Assembly (NCBI GenBank): GCA_020724425.1
Contig: DYGY01000008.1
Span: forward strand, 4,151-68,150
From: Thermaerobacter marianensis
Lineage (GTDB): Bacteria; Bacillota; Sulfobacillia; DVGY01
Direction: 5' to 3'
DNA length: 64,000 bases
Of this stretch, positions 58,910-64,000 are shown in pieces. Below the pieces are notes generated by a model, which saw only the letters and a list, made by a program, of their open reading frames with translations, was not told where the DNA came from and ran no database searches. Within the stretch, counting starts at the first letter, position 1, and every line of letters begins with the position of its first letter. The position numbers and the translations under genes were made by a program.

Positions 58910-60388
58910 ATGGCCGGATATGATGCAATTACAGGTAAAATCAAAAATTATCGCTCTCTACAGATTAAGCTAACATTGTTTATAGCTATCTACATAACAG
59001 TTTTGATTTCTGTTAGAGAAATGTCACTAGCGTTTATCAGGCAGTATTTTGCAGGAGAAGTATTTATTCTAGTTTCTACTGGTTTACTAACTGTAGTATT
59101 GGCCGGTGTTGGCGCAGGGTTAATTCTGCGTATGTTTATTTCTAATCCTCTAGGAAAACTGAGGCAGTTTGCTGAGCAGATTGGTGATAGGGATCTATCT
59201 AGCTCGGTACAAATTAGTTCTGGTGATGAATTTGAACAGCTGGCAACTGTCTTTAACGAAGTGGTACATAATTTGGGTGATTTTATGGCAGATACCAAAG
59301 GAAAGGCTCTTAGGGTAAAGAAACATAGTGATGCTTTAAGTGTTAATTCTAAAGATTCTCAGACCGTTCTTAATGAGGTTAAGTTGGCCTTAGAGGATTT
59401 TGTACAGCGAAGCTCCTTGCAACAAGAAGAGACTGAAGAAATCAGTAAATTACTTGATGAGCTTAAGAGAACGAATGAACAAACTGCAACCGGAGCGGAG
59501 AGTCAGGCTGAGAGCATGGCTGAGATGTTACAATCACTACAGACCATGGCTAGAAGTATAGATAAGATCATTGCAGATGTTGATACAGCCAGTGCAGCTT
59601 CATTAGAAGCCATTCATGATGCCAAATCTGGTAGCAGGACTATTGAAGAGTCAATCGATAGTTTTATGAATATTGAAGAGGTGGCCTTAAATGCTAGCCG
59701 TATTGTTCAGGATTTAGGTGCTAAATCAGCAGAAGTTGGTGAAATTGTATCTATTATTACCGACGTGTCTGAACAGACGAATCTTCTAGCTTTAAATGCA
59801 GCTATTGAAGCAGCAAGGGCTGGAGAGCAGGGTAGAGGTTTTGCTGTGGTTGCTGAAGAGATTCGAAAGTTAGCTGAAAAATCGAATAGGTCTGCTGCTG
59901 ATATCGCGAGAATAGTAGATGAGATTAAAAAGGGTACAGCTGATGCAGTATCAGGAATGTTTCTTGTAAATGATAAGGTTAGTCAAGGGACTTCCTTGGC
60001 TACTGATGCTCGAGAGTCTTTTGAGTCTTTAGTGAAGGCCTTAAATGATAGTGAAGAACGTTTTACCTCCATCGTTCAGATGACTAAGGGTATGGGGACT
60101 ACCATTAATCAGGCTTTAGATAGTGCTGAGCATGTGGCCGCTATAACAGAGGAGCATTCTGCAGCTACTGAAGAGATGCTTGCTTCTGCAGAAGAAGTTA
60201 GTGAAAAGACAAAAACAGTCACTGGAATTGCACAGGGGAATACGAGAAGAGTTGTGGATATGGAAAAATTACTAAAAGAAGTTGATAAGACCTTTCAGGA
60301 TATCGTTTATAAAGCTAGTGATTTGAATAACCTATCGGAGCAATTAAACAATCAGATTGAGTTATATAGGGTTGAGGGTCTCTCGTAA
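58910..60388 (+). CDS. Methyl-accepting chemotaxis protein without an extracellular sensor domain
   Basis: Two closely spaced TM helices, [39 protein letters not shown]. Confidence 0.94.
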   Translation: MAGYDAITGKIKNYRSLQIKLTLFIAIYITVLISVREMSLAFIRQYFAGEVFILVSTGLLTVVLAGVGAGLILRMFISNPLGKLRQFAEQIGDRDLSSSVQISSGDEFEQLATVFNEVVHNLGDFMADTKGKALRVKKHSDALSVNSKDSQTVLNEVKLALEDFVQRSSLQQEETEEISKLLDELKRTNEQTATGAESQAESMAEMLQSLQTMARSIDKIIADVDTASAASLEAIHDAKSGSRTIEESIDSFMNIEEVALNASRIVQDLGAKSAEVGEIVSIITDVSEQTNLLALNAAIEAARAGEQGRGFAVVAEEIRKLAEKSNRSAADIARIVDEIKKGTADAVSGMFLVNDKVSQGTSLATDARESFESLVKALNDSEERFTSIVQMTKGMGTTINQALDSAEHVAAITEEHSAATEEMLASAEEVSEKTKTVTGIAQGNTRRVVDMEKLLKEVDKTFQDIVYKASDLNNLSEQLNNQIELYRVEGLS

Positions 60389-60402
60389 GAAGGGCTCTTT
60401 CT

Positions 60403-60905
60403 GTGTCTCCGGCATGGGCGATAAATTGGCCGTAGGAACCATTAGCTAAAGGTAAGGGTGTCCATCGTGAGGTGAAATCTGAAGGAGGCCAGAGGCAGCA
60501 TGATTCAGAGACTGCGAAAGCTCAATCAATTAATCATTGGTTGGGTCAACTACTTCGGCATTGCTGATACGTGCGGTCTTGCTAGAACATTTGATGGATG
60601 GGTTCGACGTAGGATACGCAAGTGCTATTGGAAACAAAAAGTTTCCACCAAATATAACAACCTTATGCGATTAGGCATACCCAGACAATAGAGGACAATA
60701 CAAGAAAGAGCTAATGGCGTATAGCCAAGAGCCCATTCCTTGCGCAAGCTCTTCCTAATGAATACCTGCAGAGACTAGGTTACCAGTCAGTCGCTATTAG
60801 ATATTCATTAGTTTCTCGATCCTATTGAACCGCCGTATACCGGGTCGGTATGTACGGTGGTGTGAGAGGACGCTGGATGAATTAATCATTCAGCTCCTAC
60901 TCGAT
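60403..60905 (+). mobile_element. Internally deleted group II intron, class IIC
   Basis: 5' end GTGTCTCCGGCATGGG after a terminator-like hairpin; D5 GAACCGCCGTATACC...GTACGGTGGTGT with CGC triad; D6 ending CCTACTCGAT. Confidence 0.88.
60500..60828 (+). pseudogene. Remnant of intron-encoded RT/maturase (domain X and C-terminus only)
   Basis: LNQLIIGWVNYF, DGWVRRRIR..YWKQ, then frameshifted NTRKS*WRIAKSPFL..AL.N.YL..LGY; RT domains absent. Confidence 0.85.
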
Positions 60906-61152
60906 TGAAAGTTATCCTTCTAGAGCTTATGCAACGTTACTAGCAGGAACATATCATCTGCAGAGATACTGGGTTAAGAGTTGGTTGTTTAAGAACACGC
61001 TTTCCTTGCAGCGAAGGACAGTCCTGGCGCCATGAGGAGCTTCAAAACCTGCTAGAGGTTATCTGTCTAAGACAAAAGGCAACTTGTGTCAGCTCTACCG
61101 TTCAGAGAATACCTTTAAGCTTTCATGCCTAGGTTGAAATATGGGATTACTT

Positions 61153-62301
61153 TCAGACTACATATCCTAGTTCCCTAGCTACTTCTAGTATTTTTGAGAG
61201 TACCTGTTTGCGACGGTCTTCTATCTGCTGGAAGTTCATGTTTGGTACGTAATATGATTCTATTTTGTCGTGGAGTTCCTTGGCGCGGCGGAGGTACCAG
61301 ATGGCAAGATCAAAGGATTGTCTGTAAAGGTCTCTAGCCCGTTGTCTTTCTTCAGCTAAGCTTGAAGCTAAGGTTTGGTTAATGAATTCTACGGTGTTAA
61401 TTACTTTGTCTCCGGGTTGGGGTGTATAGAAATGTGGTTCGACGATGTTTATGACAGCTAGAGAAAGCTCAGGAATTATTAGATGATCTATCTTGGTTGG
61501 GTCTAGTGAGCAATGATAGGCTTCTACGAAGTAGCCATGCATTAGTGCTGCATCCATTAGGCGTGTGATGAGTTCGTTTTTGCCTGTTCCATCATCACCT
61601 TCAATGATGTATCTCTTGTTTAGGCTGTCTACCAGGGTTTCGATGTAGTTGACCGGTCCATCGGGAGTAATGGCGGTGGCAAATAGATGCCGTACAGGAT
61701 GTTTGCTAGTTTTTGCTGGATGCCCGTTAGTTACTGGTTTATGGAAGGTTTCTTCAATTAGTCTAAGAGCATAACGGTTTAGTTTTTGTCCATCTAGTAT
61801 TCCTGTTTGTTTGTAGTATCCTTCTATCTCGTCTAAGAATATTTTGGCAGCGGCTAGGTAGCTATAGGCTCTTCTAAAGAGTCTGGATATTTCTTTGTTG
61901 AGTGTTAGGATTTCGGTTTTGTTTTTACGCATTTCGTGTTCGTTCCAATAGTCGCCTAGATGGATTATCTCATCTACAGCTCCGGGGTTTTTGGGATCAA
62001 CTATGTGAGGTGCTGTTCCATCGATAATGGCGATTTCAAGGTCGGGTATGTGGATACCATCAAGTGAGTCATTGTCTGAAGAACAATGATGATACTCGAT
62101 GTTGAACCCTTTCTCTAGGAGATCAGAAGCTATTTTTTTCATGAAGGTTGATTTGCCAACTCCCGGGCCTCCTTTGATAACAAAGATTCTGTTAGCATCA
62201 GGAGTGATGATGTAGTCATAGAAGGAATGGAATCCATATGAGGTGTTGCCTCCTGGGAATACTCGGCGAATGTATCCTGTTTTTGGTCGGGTTTTTGTCA
62301 T
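61153..62301 (-). CDS. P-loop NTPase of the PRK06851-like family
   Basis: FPGGNTSYGFHSFY, IKGGPGVGKSTFMK, HCSSDNDSLDG, DGTAPH; degenerate second P-loop EGDDGTGKN. Confidence 0.8.
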   Translation of the reverse strand: MTKTRPKTGYIRRVFPGGNTSYGFHSFYDYIITPDANRIFVIKGGPGVGKSTFMKKIASDLLEKGFNIEYHHCSSDNDSLDGIHIPDLEIAIIDGTAPHIVDPKNPGAVDEIIHLGDYWNEHEMRKNKTEILTLNKEISRLFRRAYSYLAAAKIFLDEIEGYYKQTGILDGQKLNRYALRLIEETFHKPVTNGHPAKTSKHPVRHLFATAITPDGPVNYIETLVDSLNKRYIIEGDDGTGKNELITRLMDAALMHGYFVEAYHCSLDPTKIDHLIIPELSLAVINIVEPHFYTPQPGDKVINTVEFINQTLASSLAEERQRARDLYRQSFDLAIWYLRRAKELHDKIESYYVPNMNFQQIEDRRKQVLSKILEVARELGYVV

Positions 62302-62395
62302 TTTTACTCCTCCCTTTTGATTCTTACGCTATAGTGTATTGCTAAAGTTTGAGATGGTGTCTTTAGTTTTGGGTAGACTATGTGAGGGTGAATTG

Positions 62396-63100
62396 ATGAT
62401 GGAGTACTTAATAGTTATTTATCGCATGATTACAGTAATTATGATTTTTTTGCTGGTAGCTTTGATGATGGGTAAGAGGCATATTGGTGAATTATCGGTG
62501 TTCGATCTGATAATTGCAGTAACTTTGGGTGCAGTTGCTGGTGCTGATTTGGCTGACCCTAAGGTGCCTCATGGGCCAACTCTGTTTGCTATTGCTGGTC
62601 TGGGGTTAATCCATATTTTCTTATCAAGGGTGGTTTTAAAAAGCAGATTAGCGGGGAAGTGGTTATCTTTTGACCCTACCATTGTGATTGAAAATGGGGT
62701 TATCCTTGAGAGGAATCTTGAAAAGTTAAGGTATACGGTAGATGAGCTTTTGAGTCACTTGAGGGAGAAAGAGGTGTTTGATATAGGTGAGGTTGAGTTT
62801 GCCGTATTGGAGCCTAGTGGGGCATTGAGTGTTCAGAAGAAGAGCCAGTATCGAAGTGTTAAGCTTAAAGATCTGGATTTAGATAGTGAGTATGAGGGTC
62901 TTTCAACGGCTGTAGTTCTTGAGGGGAAAATATCTTTAGAGGGACTAAGGGCTGTTGGTTTAAGTGAAGAGTGGTTACAGGATAGATTAAGAGAGAGGGG
63001 TTATGAGGTTAGTGATGTCTTCTTGGCCATATTGAATACCAAAGGAGAGCTTTATGTTACTCCATTAGGAGCTTTAGCTAGGGAGACATTGGCTGTATAA
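62396..63100 (+). CDS. DUF421 (YetF-like) membrane protein
   Basis: MGKRHIGELSVFD, P..VIENG, LREKEVFD..EVEFAVLEPSG.LSV. Confidence 0.88.
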   Translation: MMEYLIVIYRMITVIMIFLLVALMMGKRHIGELSVFDLIIAVTLGAVAGADLADPKVPHGPTLFAIAGLGLIHIFLSRVVLKSRLAGKWLSFDPTIVIENGVILERNLEKLRYTVDELLSHLREKEVFDIGEVEFAVLEPSGALSVQKKSQYRSVKLKDLDLDSEYEGLSTAVVLEGKISLEGLRAVGLSEEWLQDRLRERGYEVSDVFLAILNTKGELYVTPLGALARETLAV

Positions 63101-63138
63101 GGAAGAGCCAGCCTAACTTTTAGGCTGGCAAGAGATTT

Positions 63139-64000
63139 TTAATATGCTTTTGCAAAATATACTTGATGTTGTGCTTTATTGTTACAGTATACACAGGTGC
63201 CTAGATCATTTGGTTGATTTATCGGTATGTTTCTAATGGTTGCTCCTGTTTCTTCTTTGACTTTTGTTTCACATTCTGAGGAGCCACACCAGCCTGATAG
63301 GGCCATTCCTTTTTTCTCTACAACCGCTTCTCTTAGTTCTTCCATGTTGGTAGCCTGCTGGGTATGATCTTCCATAAATTTTTTAGCTTTGTTGAAGAGA
63401 TTGCTTTGAATTTCTGTTAAGAGAGTATCTATTGTGCTTTCTAGTTGATCTAGAGATGTAAAGATTTTTTCACCTGTGTCTCTTCTTACTAGGACTACCT
63501 GGTTATTCTGTATGTCTCTTGGACCGATTTCAATTCTTATGGGTATGCCTCGCATTTCCCATTCGTTGAATTTCCAGCCTGGTGTATATTCTTCGCGGTC
63601 ATCTAGACGTGTTCTAAATGAGTTTCCTAGTCTTGTTTGGAGTTCTAGTGCTTTTTCTTTGACCATTTCTTTGTCTTTACCAGCCATAATTGGTACGATT
63701 ATTACCTGGGTTGGTGCTGCTTTTGGTGGTAGGACTAGGCCTCTATCATCACCGTGTACCATAATCATGGCACCAATAATTCTGGTGCTCATACCCCAGG
63801 AGGTCTGATAGACGTATTTAAGCTGATTGTCTTCATCAAGGAATTGTATGTCAAAGACCTTGGCAAAGTTTTGACCGAGGTAGTGGGAGGTACCGGCTTG
63901 GAGTGCTTTGCCATCTTGCATTAGTGCTTCTATTGAGTATGTGTCAATGGCACCTTTGAATTTCTCCATTTCTGTTTTCTTACCGGGTATGACCGGGATG
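63139..64000 (-). CDS. proS: Proline--tRNA ligase, archaeal/eukaryote type (5'-truncated by window edge)
   Basis: ALQAGTSHYLGQNF, QTSWGMSTR, HGDDRGLVLPP, PGWKFNEWE, C-terminal FAKAY. Confidence 0.96.
   Translation of the reverse strand, partial: IPVIPGKKTEMEKFKGAIDTYSIEALMQDGKALQAGTSHYLGQNFAKVFDIQFLDEDNQLKYVYQTSWGMSTRIIGAMIMVHGDDRGLVLPPKAAPTQVIIVPIMAGKDKEMVKEKALELQTRLGNSFRTRLDDREEYTPGWKFNEWEMRGIPIRIEIGPRDIQNNQVVLVRRDTGEKIFTSLDQLESTIDTLLTEIQSNLFNKAKKFMEDHTQQATNMEELREAVVEKKGMALSGWCGSSECETKVKEETGATIRNIPINQPNDLGTCVYCNNKAQHQVYFAKAY

Noticed and set aside
60906-61150. Possible 6S-like RNA (CTAGCAGG...CCTGCTAG pairing, TTCAAAAC)
   Set aside because: Pairing is limited to 8 bp and the long rod with central bubble could not be built
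877-63808. Numerous 60-136 aa ORFs antisense to or nested in long genes
   Set aside because: Shadow frames of well supported genes, without RBS or motifs
1-64000. CRISPR array, prophage, integrase or rRNA
   Set aside because: No regularly spaced repeats, cas, phage, integrase or rRNA sequences were seen

Overview
Chromosomal window from a low-GC, spore-forming, probably anaerobic and motile Bacillota (Clostridia-like) bacterium. This is inferred from cotJABC, sigma-K/sigma-H-like promoters and three chemoreceptors. Most genes lie on the G/T-rich + strand. Housekeeping content: polA-mutM-coaE-lytic transglycosylase, two tRNA-Leu genes, ROK kinase + PGI/PMI, cysteine desulfurase-thiI, nth, an Opp/App-type ABC transporter, an AddAB-like helicase-nuclease and proS. 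Five things stand out. (1) A tandemly duplicated unit, LysR <- / -> rhodanese lipoprotein x2 - Tat-exported Psr/Phs/Srr-family molybdoenzyme - FeS subunit - di-haem cytochrome b, followed by tatAC, mobBA and a TorD-type chaperone. In each copy one rhodanese ends in a SoxY-like GGCG(G) tail. (2) A duplicated two-gene membrane cassette of unknown function between the two tRNA-Leu genes, each copy preceded by a conserved structured leader with a 7-codon MPPGxxG upstream ORF. (3) A 229-bp protein-less IS200/IS605 element retaining both ends, a promoter with a LexA-like box and a TnpB-type omega-RNA scaffold. (4) An internally deleted class IIC group II intron behind a terminator. (5) A probable spore-surface glycosylation cluster with an SqdB/Agl3-like protein lacking the catalytic Tyr. 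All calls come from reading the sequence and motifs by eye; no database searches were run.
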